DNA from: Myxococcota bacterium
GTDB taxonomy: Bacteria > UBA10199 > JACPAL01 > GCA-016699445
Direction of reading: 5' to 3'
DNA length: 64,000 nucleotides
NCBI GenBank assembly: GCA_052033505.1
Contig: JBPOJN010000014.1
Location: 5,599 to 69,598 of the forward strand
Shown here: positions 19,799-28,772 of the stretch, in pieces
Layout: each line of letters starts with the position of its first letter
Numbering within the stretch: the first letter of the stretch is position 1
Notes under the pieces: generated by a model
Seen by the model: only the letters and a program-made list of their open reading frames with translations
Told to the model about the DNA's origin: nothing
Databases searched by the model: none
Program-made: the position numbers and the translations under genes

Positions 19799-21028
19799 TC
19801 AGTAACCCAACGCCCGCATCATCCCGCACGCTTTCACCAGCGTTTCTTCGTATTCTTTCTCCGGATCCGAATCCGCGACGATGCCGCCGCCGCTCCACAC
19901 GTGGGCCTGACCGTCCTTGATCACCATGGTGCGGATAGCGACATTGAATTGCGCACGCCCGTCGTCCCCGATGAAACCGATCGCCCCGCAATACACCTCA
20001 CGCGCGTGCGCCTCGAGCTCGCGGATGATCTGCAACGCGCGGATCTTCGGCGCTCCCGTGACGGAACCGCTGGGAAACGCCGCTTGTAGGAGATCCACAA
20101 TGTCTTTGTCCGGCGAGAGCCGGCCTTCGACGGTCGAAACGCGGTGGTGCACCTGCGCGTAGCTTTCGATCGAACCCAGATCCGTCACGCGTACGCTGCC
20201 CGGGACGCAGACGCGGCCTAAGTCGTTCCGCTCGAGATCCGTGATCATCAAAAGTTCGGCGTGGTCTTTCGGGCTCTTGGCCAATTCTTCTTTCAGTCTC
20301 CGATCTTCCTCCGGCGTTTTTCCGCGAGGCCGTGTGCCTTTGATGGGCCGCGTGACGACGCGGTCGCCGTCCACGGAGAGGAAGAGTTCGGGCGAGGCCG
20401 AAAGGATCTGGGCGTCGCCTAAATCCAAATAAGCGGAGTAGGGGGCGGGGGAGACGGATTGAAGTTTTTGAAAAATTGTTTCCGCGGGCTCGGTGACCGG
20501 AACGGTGAATTTCTGCGAAAGATTCACTTGATAACAATCACCGGCGGCGATGAGGTCTTTTACGCGCTCGACGTTTCGGATGTAGTCTTGCTTCGAAACG
20601 TTCGCATGGCCGGAAAAATCCTTCGGGAAAACGTTCTGACCTGAAGCGGACGGAAGGGAAACGGGTTCCAGCGAGATATCATCGAAATAACCGAACACGG
20701 CCTTGGGGATCAAAAGATCCGAACGCGGCGGAATTTTCGCGCCCGTTTGCATTTCATAACCTATGTAACCGATCCATCCCCTCTTGAGAGGGCTGGGGGA
20801 CGTGCCGGGCGCGCGCGTCTCCCGGACGGCATGACGCAAGTGGTCGAAGAAATTTGCGGAAGACGTTCCGTCCGCCGTTAAAATTTTTTTGGGACGGCTC
20901 GCCATCATTCGGAAGCCGTCGAAATAAAGTGAGGTTTGAACCAAGCGGGGAGACATTTTCATCCCTTTCGTAAGATCCACGAGGGAAAAATAACAACAAT
21001 ATTCCCCACATCGCCGATGAAAAGGCAT
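19799..21028 (-). CDS. pabB: aminodeoxychorismate synthase component I (chorismate-binding enzyme)
   Basis: The C-terminal chorismate-binding signature SGSVTGAPKIRALQIIRELEAHAREVYCGAIGFIGDDG is present. The size of 409 aa fits the short PabB/TrpE-like form. Confidence 0.8.
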   Translation of the reverse strand: MPFHRRCGEYCCYFSLVDLTKGMKMSPRLVQTSLYFDGFRMMASRPKKILTADGTSSANFFDHLRHAVRETRAPGTSPSPLKRGWIGYIGYEMQTGAKIPPRSDLLIPKAVFGYFDDISLEPVSLPSASGQNVFPKDFSGHANVSKQDYIRNVERVKDLIAAGDCYQVNLSQKFTVPVTEPAETIFQKLQSVSPAPYSAYLDLGDAQILSASPELFLSVDGDRVVTRPIKGTRPRGKTPEEDRRLKEELAKSPKDHAELLMITDLERNDLGRVCVPGSVRVTDLGSIESYAQVHHRVSTVEGRLSPDKDIVDLLQAAFPSGSVTGAPKIRALQIIRELEAHAREVYCGAIGFIGDDGRAQFNVAIRTMVIKDGQAHVWSGGGIVADSDPEKEYEETLVKACGMMRALGY

Positions 21029-21173
21029 GTCTTACACGGGTAGTATTTCTGCAGTCTCTGCCGTCATCGAAAGAAGCGTCACCGCGAGCGTCGATCCGAA
21101 TTCCGTCCTTCTTTTCAAGGCAAACAGCTCTCTTAAAGATTTCTCCGCGGTCTCGCCCGAAAGTTTTCATCGT

Positions 21174-21974
21174 ATGGCGTTTCACGTCCAGGGCCGCGAT
21201 CCTCGAAAAGGCGATCGCATTTGGATCCATGCCGGAGACGGCGACTGGAATAAGTACGGGATCCAAAGCCCCTCCGCAGACATCCAGCTCACGTCTCAGT
21301 TTCCTTTTTTTCACCCGAGCGATCTTGAGAAACAACCGGCCCGCTTCCCCGTGGTGACTCTCGAATACGACGGGAAAGCGTGGCACGTCGCGAAGGGTAG
21401 GGTTTGGGGACATGCGACTTTGGTCGACAAGATTTTGCAGATGCTCGAAAAATCGGACTGGCTTTCCTCCCCAGGAGCCGGAGCGAAAAATGAGAAGCAC
21501 TTCGAAATCATAAGGCCGGCACCTGCTCGAGTCGAAGCCCCCGTTGTGCCGCGATTGCACGCCGTACCGTCTCGACCCAGACGTGCGCGAAGTGTTGTCA
21601 CGGAAAAGCCAGTTTCTAAACCTTCCGCTCCGTCTGGAGAAAAAGTCTCTTATCAGGCGGTTTTAGAATCCGAGATGGTGCGCGTGTTGGGTCGAAAGCC
21701 TATGATCAATGACGTTGTCCATCTCGTTTGTGCGGCTAGGGCTCATTTTCCCCGAGGGTCCCGTGCCGCTTGGGAAATTGTGAAAAACGCTCAGGCTTTT
21801 CTCAAGGAAGATTGCCCTTGCGCCGTCGTCAAACTCGCGCGCCGTCAACTGAGTTGGGAAGCGACCCTCCTTGACCGTGGCTTCGAGCGGGACCGCAGCT
21901 TGCTCGCTCAACTCATTCAAGAGCCTTCGCTGAAGAGTTTCATTTTTACGAGGGTTCGCGTTTCCCGTCCTTGA
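21174..21974 (+). CDS. hypothetical protein
   Basis: Long ORF with GC3-rich codon usage and no recognisable motifs. The ORF-track start (21027) would overlap the divergent pabB start, so an internal Met (MAFHVQG) is preferred. Confidence 0.4.
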   Translation: MAFHVQGRDPRKGDRIWIHAGDGDWNKYGIQSPSADIQLTSQFPFFHPSDLEKQPARFPVVTLEYDGKAWHVAKGRVWGHATLVDKILQMLEKSDWLSSPGAGAKNEKHFEIIRPAPARVEAPVVPRLHAVPSRPRRARSVVTEKPVSKPSAPSGEKVSYQAVLESEMVRVLGRKPMINDVVHLVCAARAHFPRGSRAAWEIVKNAQAFLKEDCPCAVVKLARRQLSWEATLLDRGFERDRSLLAQLIQEPSLKSFIFTRVRVSRP

Positions 21975-21993
21975 GTTGCCAAAATCCGATCTT

Positions 21994-22389
21994 TTACGGA
22001 ATTCTTTTTATTCCTGGAAGCTGATCGAAGCCTTGGTCGAAGGAGAAAATGGTTTCGATCTTATATTTTTTCATTTGAGCCGCATGAAGCGCGTCCCGCG
22101 AGGAAAGCTTTTCGTAGCGGAGGACTAAGTCTTTTGCCGCCGACACGTCCGCTTCGGTGATGTCCCAAATTTTCTCGATGAAAGAATGCATTAAATCGAA
22201 GGCCGGCTGAATGAATTCTTTTCTATGGATGGCGGTGTAGCGATGGATGATTTCCTGCAGGACTTCGGCGTTGGTGACCAAGCTTTCCTTTTTTTGGATC
22301 AGTTCTTCCAGCGTCGCTTGCGTGATGCGTTTATTGGGATGGTCCGCTCCGATGAAATACATGACAATATTGGAATCCACGAAGATCAT
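21994..22389 (-). CDS. vapC: PIN-domain toxin (VapC-like)
   Basis: MIFVDSNIVMY...D (N-terminal acidic residue in the beta1 strand) and conserved downstream acidic residues. 131 aa. The 4-bp ATGA overlap with the upstream small gene is a classic TA arrangement. Confidence 0.75.
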   Translation of the reverse strand: MIFVDSNIVMYFIGADHPNKRITQATLEELIQKKESLVTNAEVLQEIIHRYTAIHRKEFIQPAFDLMHSFIEKIWDITEADVSAAKDLVLRYEKLSSRDALHAAQMKKYKIETIFSFDQGFDQLPGIKRIP

Positions 22390-22631
22390 GAGGCATAGCC
22401 TTTTTCGATCTCGGAGAGCATGTGATCGATGTCTCCCGTGGGGGCGTTGAGAGAACTGTACCGTCTAATCGCTTCCAGTTTCTCCCGAGGGCTTTTCCCG
22501 GCCTTCTCCGCGGCCAACCGGCGCAGCGCCTGCCGCACCCATTCCCCCAAACTCAGACCCGTCTCCCGGGCGATTTGCTGGAATGCTTTGTATTCTTTGG
22601 GTTCCAAGAGGACTTGGAGTCTTTTACTCAT
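22386..22631 (-). CDS. vapB: RHH/CopG-like antitoxin (VapB-like)
   Basis: 81 aa. N-terminal KRLQVLLEPKEYKAFQQIARETGLSLGEWVRQAL fits a ribbon-helix-helix beta-strand plus helix. Translationally coupled to the PIN gene. Confidence 0.65.
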   Translation of the reverse strand: MSKRLQVLLEPKEYKAFQQIARETGLSLGEWVRQALRRLAAEKAGKSPREKLEAIRRYSSLNAPTGDIDHMLSEIEKGYAS

Positions 22632-22731
22632 GTCATGAGTATATAGGACTCATGATGGTAGTCAATTAGGGTTTTCGGAGGAAGGTGGCGAAAAATGACA
22701 ACAATATCCTGCAAGCGTTCGATGAAACAGT

Positions 22732-23382
22732 ATGGGCAGCATCCGTCCCACTTCTATGTCCGCTGTGTCCCCTCTGTTGATCCCTTCTTCCGCGGTTCCG
22801 AGATCACTCGGTCTTGTGCCGCAATCGGCGTCTCCATCGATTGTGCGTGGATCGGAACGAGAGGACATTTTGTCTTTCTTGAGCGCCTGCACGGGCGTCC
22901 CAGCTGAGTTTAAAGATTCTTTCGTAGCGGCGAGAGACCAAATTCTTCAAAAAATCACCTCTTGGAGAGAAATCGAAACGCAGCGGGCGCTGGGTCTTTC
23001 ACCGCTAAAGCTCTTGGTCGACAAGGCTGTTTCCAATTGGGTGCAAGAGCAAGAAGTGAGCCGGGATTACGGGAGGTATGTGCGTTTCATGACGGGTCTC
23101 GGCAAGAGAATGTACCAGGATCGGGAAACCTTCATGAGAAGCGTCGCCGGCCCCCAAGGCGCCAGGAACACGCGCTCCCGGTTTTTGGACATCGAACGCA
23201 AAAAATTGAGAATCGGTTCCATCGTCTGTGATGCCCGTGGAAAACGGCAGGAGATCGTCGGGTTCAACGAAGACGGCCGTTTGATTTTTAAAGGGGGAAA
23301 AGGCACGTTTCTCCCCCATGATTTCAAGTTGGTCGAAGGCCCCAAACCGCAAAAGTCCGCAAAAAGTCTTAAGTCCCCGTAA
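22732..23382 (+). CDS. hypothetical protein
   Basis: ORF in a lower-GC segment with no recognisable domain. The start is uncertain. Confidence 0.3.
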   Translation: MGSIRPTSMSAVSPLLIPSSAVPRSLGLVPQSASPSIVRGSEREDILSFLSACTGVPAEFKDSFVAARDQILQKITSWREIETQRALGLSPLKLLVDKAVSNWVQEQEVSRDYGRYVRFMTGLGKRMYQDRETFMRSVAGPQGARNTRSRFLDIERKKLRIGSIVCDARGKRQEIVGFNEDGRLIFKGGKGTFLPHDFKLVEGPKPQKSAKSLKSP

Positions 23383-23482
23383 AAATTCGGTTTCCCCTAA
23401 AAAAAAGTTAGCAACCTTTACCCCTCCCTCTCGAGTCACGCTTCTAAGTCTTTGAAACGTTTCGATTCGAGGGGATGATTTC

Positions 23483-25168
23483 ATGCAAGTAAAACCGTTT
23501 TTTCCGGTGGTTCATCCGACGGGAGCCCAGCCTGTGCGGCTTTGGGTTTGTCCGGGGCAAGGATCTCAAAGTGTCGGCATGGGTCAGAAGTTGTACGACT
23601 CTTCCCGGACTTACCGCGAGACCTTCGATCGGGGACATGCGGCTCTTGTTTCAGAAGGCGTCGATTTACGGCGCTTGGCTTTCGAAGGACCCGCCGGTGA
23701 TTTGACCCGCACTCTCCACGCGCAACCTGCTTTGCTTGTTTCGAACGTAGCATTGGCGGAACACCTGCGTATCGAAGAAGGTATCGCACCGAGTCCCGGC
23801 GATCTTCTGGCGGGCCACAGTTTAGGTGAGTGGACGGCCTATACGATTTCAGGCGCATTGACGGTGGAGCAGGGAGCTTTGGCGGTTTATTGGCGTGGCC
23901 GGCTCATGGAAGAAGCTTTTCCCTTCGATCCCGCCACGCGTCCGATGACGGCTATTTTAGGATTGTCCGATCAAACTGTGATCTCGGCTTGCGCGGGAAT
24001 CAGCCGCGAAGGCCATATCGTGGTCGCCGCGAATTTCAACGCTCCGGGCCAGGTCGTCATCTCGGGCCATCCCGCCGCGGTCGCCGAAGCCTCGGATCTC
24101 TTGAAGTCCCGCGGCGCGGGCGTCAGCAACGCCTTTCCCGTCGCCGGTCCTTTCCATACGCCCATCCTCAGCGAAGCCCGCGAAAAACTAGCGGCTAAAA
24201 TCGCCGAACTCGGCATCGAATTCAGTATCCCGGAATTCCAAATCATTTCCAATTTTACGGGCCGTGAGATCGAGCCCGTGGGAGACCATCTCGGTTCTCT
24301 GTTGAACCAATTGACCGGATCCGTCCGTTGGACTGCGTCGATGGTTCGCGCTTGGGAGTTGGGAGCGGTGGAAATGGTGTCCTTGGACGTGTCGGGAAAC
24401 GTGCTGCAGGGATTCGCGAAGAAGATTTTTTCCCGTGAGAGACCGGTGCAGATCGTGGATCCGACAATATCGATGCATCAGCATGCCCTGAGGCAAGCAC
24501 CGGGTTCGATCAGTACGACCCGGTTTGCGGAAGATCCCGTACAGAAGAGAAACAACTGCTTGGAATTTTCCTACAATGCGGGCGCTATCGTTAAAATTGT
24601 CAGGAAACTTTTAAAAGAAGGCGACGTCCAAACCGCGTTGCTGGCCCTGAAAAACACTTACAATAGCGCGCGCGAAGCCGCCATGCGTGAGCTGAAATCG
24701 CATGCGGATTCCTTGGAAGTGATTCAAGCGATGAGGGAAGGCGGTTTCGTCGATGAGGCAGGCGATCTCATATGGCCCGATCCGGTCGTGCGGGATCTTG
24801 TGACTCATACGCTTCCTCCAGATAGTTTAACTGCCCTTACCCTCGGGAAAGATTCCATTTTCAGTAAGTTGGAGGCCTTGAGTCTAGCTCCTATCGACCA
24901 AGAAGACCTTATCTATTATGTCGCAAGCCGGTGGAATGGAGACGCGCAACGTCTTGAAAAAATCCTGAGTGCCCTTCGTTACCTTTTGGTCAAGGGCGAT
25001 CCTAAGAAGCACAAAAAATCCTTACTCCCGTTGATACAGTACAAAGACCAAAACGGCGAATCCCAGAAAGGCATTGATAGCTGGGAGGCCGTCATTCTGT
25101 ACGTGGATGGGGAAAAAGACGTCCAATTCCCCCATCCTGGAGCCATGAAGCAGGGAGATATTTTATGA
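23483..25168 (+). CDS. FabD-like malonyl-CoA:ACP transacylase domain protein with a 250-aa C-terminal extension
   Basis: CPGQGSQSVGMG (GQGSQ) and AGHSLGEWTA (GHSxG active-site Ser) motifs, then ...ANFNAPGQVVISG...GPFHTPIL as in FabD. A ~250-aa unknown tail follows and contains KSHADSLEVIQAM, which resembles ACP helix II (GADSLDTVEL). GAGGGGA RBS. Confidence 0.8.
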   Translation: MQVKPFFPVVHPTGAQPVRLWVCPGQGSQSVGMGQKLYDSSRTYRETFDRGHAALVSEGVDLRRLAFEGPAGDLTRTLHAQPALLVSNVALAEHLRIEEGIAPSPGDLLAGHSLGEWTAYTISGALTVEQGALAVYWRGRLMEEAFPFDPATRPMTAILGLSDQTVISACAGISREGHIVVAANFNAPGQVVISGHPAAVAEASDLLKSRGAGVSNAFPVAGPFHTPILSEAREKLAAKIAELGIEFSIPEFQIISNFTGREIEPVGDHLGSLLNQLTGSVRWTASMVRAWELGAVEMVSLDVSGNVLQGFAKKIFSRERPVQIVDPTISMHQHALRQAPGSISTTRFAEDPVQKRNNCLEFSYNAGAIVKIVRKLLKEGDVQTALLALKNTYNSAREAAMRELKSHADSLEVIQAMREGGFVDEAGDLIWPDPVVRDLVTHTLPPDSLTALTLGKDSIFSKLEALSLAPIDQEDLIYYVASRWNGDAQRLEKILSALRYLLVKGDPKKHKKSLLPLIQYKDQNGESQKGIDSWEAVILYVDGEKDVQFPHPGAMKQGDIL

Positions 25169-26844
25169 TCATGCAAGCCGGTTCGAAGTCTCCGACTCCA
25201 GGGCGCATCGCGATTGTGGGTTATGGATCTTGTAATTCCCTGGGAACCGCGGAAACGTCTTACTTAACGCGGACCGGTCGGTTCCAGGAAGCGTTGCCCG
25301 AATATGCCAGGCTCACGGGTATTACCGACAGGGATGTCATCGATCGCCGCATCGGCATTCGGGTTCCTCGCCTGGGGGATTTAGAGCAGCCGATCGATAT
25401 TCAGCGTTTTCAAGGACATCGACTGGAACGCCTTAAAGAAGATGGAACGATCAATGGCCGTACTTTACGAAAAGGCGCTGAACCTCTACTCGAACACACT
25501 TGGAAATTGCCCGTAGTCCATGCGGGTGCTTTGCCTTCCGGATGGGATTTGCTGAAAGAGGCCGGTTTTTCGGGGAAACCTTATGATCAGTTCAGTAGGG
25601 CGCATTTGATTTTGATGCGGTCTCTCGCGGAAGCCATGATCTCCATGGGCGTTCCTTGGTCCGAGATCGAGCGAAAAGTGCCCGAAAAGCAAAGAGCCGT
25701 CGCGGCTGCGTTCGGCATGGGGCCTGGAGAAGACTTATATGAAGGCATGGCTTTTCCCGCTCTCAAACGATCGGTCAGAAAAGATATAGTCGCCCGTTTT
25801 TTGCCCGATAATCCCGCTTATTGGCTCCAAAAAATATTAAAAGCCCGCCATGCCTCTTCGCGGGTCGCGGCCTGTAATACGGGTATCGCCAATCTTGAAT
25901 TCGCGTTTCTGGCCATGAAAGCGGGAATGGCCCGCTTCTACGCGGTCGCCTCCGCGGATTCCCTGCTTAATGAGATAGCGATCGTGGATTTCAACGCGCA
26001 AAAAGCTTTAGCCACGGATTTGTCCGTATCCAATCTCATGGATCATCCCAGCTTGGTTTCTCGACCCGGTACCACGGATCGTTCGGGTTTCGTCTTGGCC
26101 GAAGGCGGGGGCGTTCTTCTCTTGATGGAGGAAACTTTGGCTTTCGAGACCGGGGCCATTATTTACGCCTATCTGGACGGCGTTGCCACGGCTACCGGCC
26201 AGTCCAAGTCTCAAGATCCGGCAGCGCCTACCGACGGCGGCATTCTTTCTATGACGAACGGCCTTGAAATGGCCGCGGCTTCCTGCGGGATGACTGAAGA
26301 AGAATACGTCCAATTTTTGACCGTGATCAATGCCCACGGCACTTCCACACCCGCGGGAGATGAGAACGGAATGGCGGGTTACGATAGAGTTTTAAGGGAA
26401 AAAAGACGTGATCCCAGATCTCCCGTGTTTGTCGTTTACGGTAAGGGAGGCCCTCGTTTGGATGGTATTCCTAGCGCGAGACGGGTGGGTAACGGAGGCA
26501 CGGGACATTCATTGGGAGGAGCGTCCTTGGTCGCAGCGGTCGAGACGATCCAAATGCACCGTTACGGAATCATTCCTCCTTCCGTTGGAAGTTTAGATAG
26601 CGTCGATCCTAGAATCTTGGAATCCGCTCATCTTTTGTATCCAACTCAACCATTGAGTGAGAACGTCGTGAAGGCTCAAACTAGCGCCCAAGGATTCGGT
26701 GACAGCAACGGAGATATGTTCACCAGCCAAAATCCGGATCATGGAACCCAAAATCCCGAAGCGGTCGCCAGACGTGACCGATGGACGGAAGAAGTGAAGT
26801 CAGGGCAAAAGAAGCCGGCGGAGTTCGTGCCGGTGATTGAGTAA
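25165..26844 (+). CDS. beta-ketoacyl synthase (KS) family protein, divergent
   Basis: KS motifs: RIAIVGYGSCNSLG at the N-terminus, active-site Cys237 in VAACNTG (TGT at 25873-25875), DRSGFVLAEGGGVLLL, His in INAHGTSTPAGD, and GHSLGGAS. About 70 extra residues lie N-terminal to the Cys compared with FabF. The start overlaps the upstream stop (ATGA). Confidence 0.75.
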   Translation: MIMQAGSKSPTPGRIAIVGYGSCNSLGTAETSYLTRTGRFQEALPEYARLTGITDRDVIDRRIGIRVPRLGDLEQPIDIQRFQGHRLERLKEDGTINGRTLRKGAEPLLEHTWKLPVVHAGALPSGWDLLKEAGFSGKPYDQFSRAHLILMRSLAEAMISMGVPWSEIERKVPEKQRAVAAAFGMGPGEDLYEGMAFPALKRSVRKDIVARFLPDNPAYWLQKILKARHASSRVAACNTGIANLEFAFLAMKAGMARFYAVASADSLLNEIAIVDFNAQKALATDLSVSNLMDHPSLVSRPGTTDRSGFVLAEGGGVLLLMEETLAFETGAIIYAYLDGVATATGQSKSQDPAAPTDGGILSMTNGLEMAAASCGMTEEEYVQFLTVINAHGTSTPAGDENGMAGYDRVLREKRRDPRSPVFVVYGKGGPRLDGIPSARRVGNGGTGHSLGGASLVAAVETIQMHRYGIIPPSVGSLDSVDPRILESAHLLYPTQPLSENVVKAQTSAQGFGDSNGDMFTSQNPDHGTQNPEAVARRDRWTEEVKSGQKKPAEFVPVIE

Positions 26845-26872
26845 GAAAATAATTTTCATCGAAAGGTCGATT

Positions 26873-28753
26873 ATGAAATTAGCGAATATCCCCGCGAGTC
26901 AAGTTTTGGTGACGGTTGGAAGCGGTTGCATGATCTCGGCCGCCGGCACCACGGAGTCCCATCGCGCCGCCAGTATCGGACATCCTGCGATGATCGGTTT
27001 CGCGGCTTTCGACGCGCGTTTGGTCGACATCGATCCTGCGAGCAAAGTGGAAGCGCCTATTTTTTTACGAAGAGGTGGAGACGACGCGGGCCAGCCGATT
27101 TCGCTCGATGAAATCAATGCGCGGTGGGGAACGCGCCTCCGTGAGGACATGGGCAGTCGTTTCCTGTCCAAAAATTTCGTGGCCGCCCACGTGCCCACGG
27201 ACATAGGCGCTCCGCTCGCGCACCGCTTGGAGCGCGGTTCGGAAGAGGGTGGTTTAAGGGAAAGAGCCGGACTGACGTTCAAGGATCTCCGCGCCTCGCC
27301 TCTGTCCGATATGGGATTGTTATTCGAAGACGATCCGCGTTTGGGCCCAAGCCTCCAGGCCCAGATGTTTTTGTACGCGGGCCTCGGCGCCCTGTCCGCA
27401 CTGCCGCTGCCTCTTTCGCGGATTTTACCGGATGCTTACCGCTTCCGCGTCTCGGCCTCCACGTGTTTTCCGGGCAATGATTCTTGGGAAAGTTTATCGC
27501 AGAGCCTGCAAACCGGATCCGTGCGCGACAAGGCGGCCTATCGTTTGGCGTCGGCTTTGAATACGCATGGACCGGCGCTTTTGAATACTATGCTGTCCCC
27601 GTCTTTTCCGCTGTCCTCGACCAAAAGGGCCATGGAGCGGGATCCCGAATATTTGACAAAAATTTTGGTGAATGACTCGTCTCAGTCGCTTTTAAGGAAC
27701 GTCCCTCAAGCTCCATTGGTCTCCAGCGCCGCGTGTTCCAGCGCCCTCGTTAATTTCTGCGATATCGCCCCGCATCTACAACTAGCTGCGACGGGCAGAC
27801 GTGGATCGCCTCAAGTGGTGTTGTGGACTTCGGCCGACGCTTCTTTAGGGCCCGACGCTAGAATTTTAGAAGGATTCGGTCCCGCCGCCATGATGACGGG
27901 TCAGAAATTGAAAGCGGACCGTAGCATTTCGCAAGCGCTCGCGCCTTTCGACGTCGATGCGAGCGGCACGATCGTCGGTCACGCGGGGTACGGCATTTTG
28001 ATCACGACCCTCGAATTCGCACTGAGGAATTTTTTGGACATCACTTCCATCATCGTCGGCTGGGGACAAAGCGGAGAGACCGGAGGCAAAGGTCATTTCG
28101 CGGGCGTGGGTTACGGCGGCGAAAATGCGATCATCCTTTCGCTCATGATGGCTTTTGAGGAGCATGGCTACGGCGTCAACGATTTCGATCATCTCATCGC
28201 TCATGCCACGGGCACGAAGACGAATTCCAAAACCGATCTTGGCACTGTCCATGACGCACGGAGAGCCGTCGCACAAATGCAGGGCTACACGGAGGCGTTA
28301 CGGCGCATGACCGTCGGGGCTCCCAAAGCGGCGAATCCAGGCCCCGTCCATCCCATGGGCCCTGCGGGCCACTTGGCGACCGATCAAGGAAACCAATATT
28401 TGATGGGCCGCCCCACGGTCGGGATCCCGAACTTGCGTCAAATCGACCCGGAATTGGCCGCAGAAGCGCAGCATTTCGAGCTATCGAGCGCTGCAATAGC
28501 GGGTAAGGAAGACGGTGGAGAGATTTCTCCCGTACAAGGCTTCGGTGGTTACGTGGCGGCCATGGCGCGTCGCTCCGCCCATGCTGACGCTTTCCGGCGT
28601 TATCCTATCAGCGACTCGAAATTGATCGATGCTTATTTGGAACGCCAAACCGACATTCGCCAGGCGCGTGAACGATCGGAAGCCGATTATGATCGGACCA
28701 TGGGATCCACTTTAGCCCAAGCCGTGCAACATCGCTGGTCCGGTGCGAAATAA
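26873..28753 (+). CDS. second KS-family protein (KS/CLF-like partner)
   Basis: SSAACSSALVNF (TGT at 27734-27736) matches the canonical KS DTACSSSL context. DASGTIVGHAGYGILITTLE and IAHATGTKTNSKTD resemble EAHGTGT. The third His motif is degenerate. Start chosen at ATG 26873 after a GAAAGG RBS; the ORF track uses TTG 26837, overlapping the upstream stop. Confidence 0.65.
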   Translation: MKLANIPASQVLVTVGSGCMISAAGTTESHRAASIGHPAMIGFAAFDARLVDIDPASKVEAPIFLRRGGDDAGQPISLDEINARWGTRLREDMGSRFLSKNFVAAHVPTDIGAPLAHRLERGSEEGGLRERAGLTFKDLRASPLSDMGLLFEDDPRLGPSLQAQMFLYAGLGALSALPLPLSRILPDAYRFRVSASTCFPGNDSWESLSQSLQTGSVRDKAAYRLASALNTHGPALLNTMLSPSFPLSSTKRAMERDPEYLTKILVNDSSQSLLRNVPQAPLVSSAACSSALVNFCDIAPHLQLAATGRRGSPQVVLWTSADASLGPDARILEGFGPAAMMTGQKLKADRSISQALAPFDVDASGTIVGHAGYGILITTLEFALRNFLDITSIIVGWGQSGETGGKGHFAGVGYGGENAIILSLMMAFEEHGYGVNDFDHLIAHATGTKTNSKTDLGTVHDARRAVAQMQGYTEALRRMTVGAPKAANPGPVHPMGPAGHLATDQGNQYLMGRPTVGIPNLRQIDPELAAEAQHFELSSAAIAGKEDGGEISPVQGFGGYVAAMARRSAHADAFRRYPISDSKLIDAYLERQTDIRQARERSEADYDRTMGSTLAQAVQHRWSGAK

Positions 28754-28772
28754 AATTTAAGGAAACTTCATT

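Noticed and set aside
19998-20537. 179-aa Arg/Pro-rich ORF inside pabB
   Set aside because: Antisense or out-of-frame to pabB, which has a clear chorismate-binding signature.
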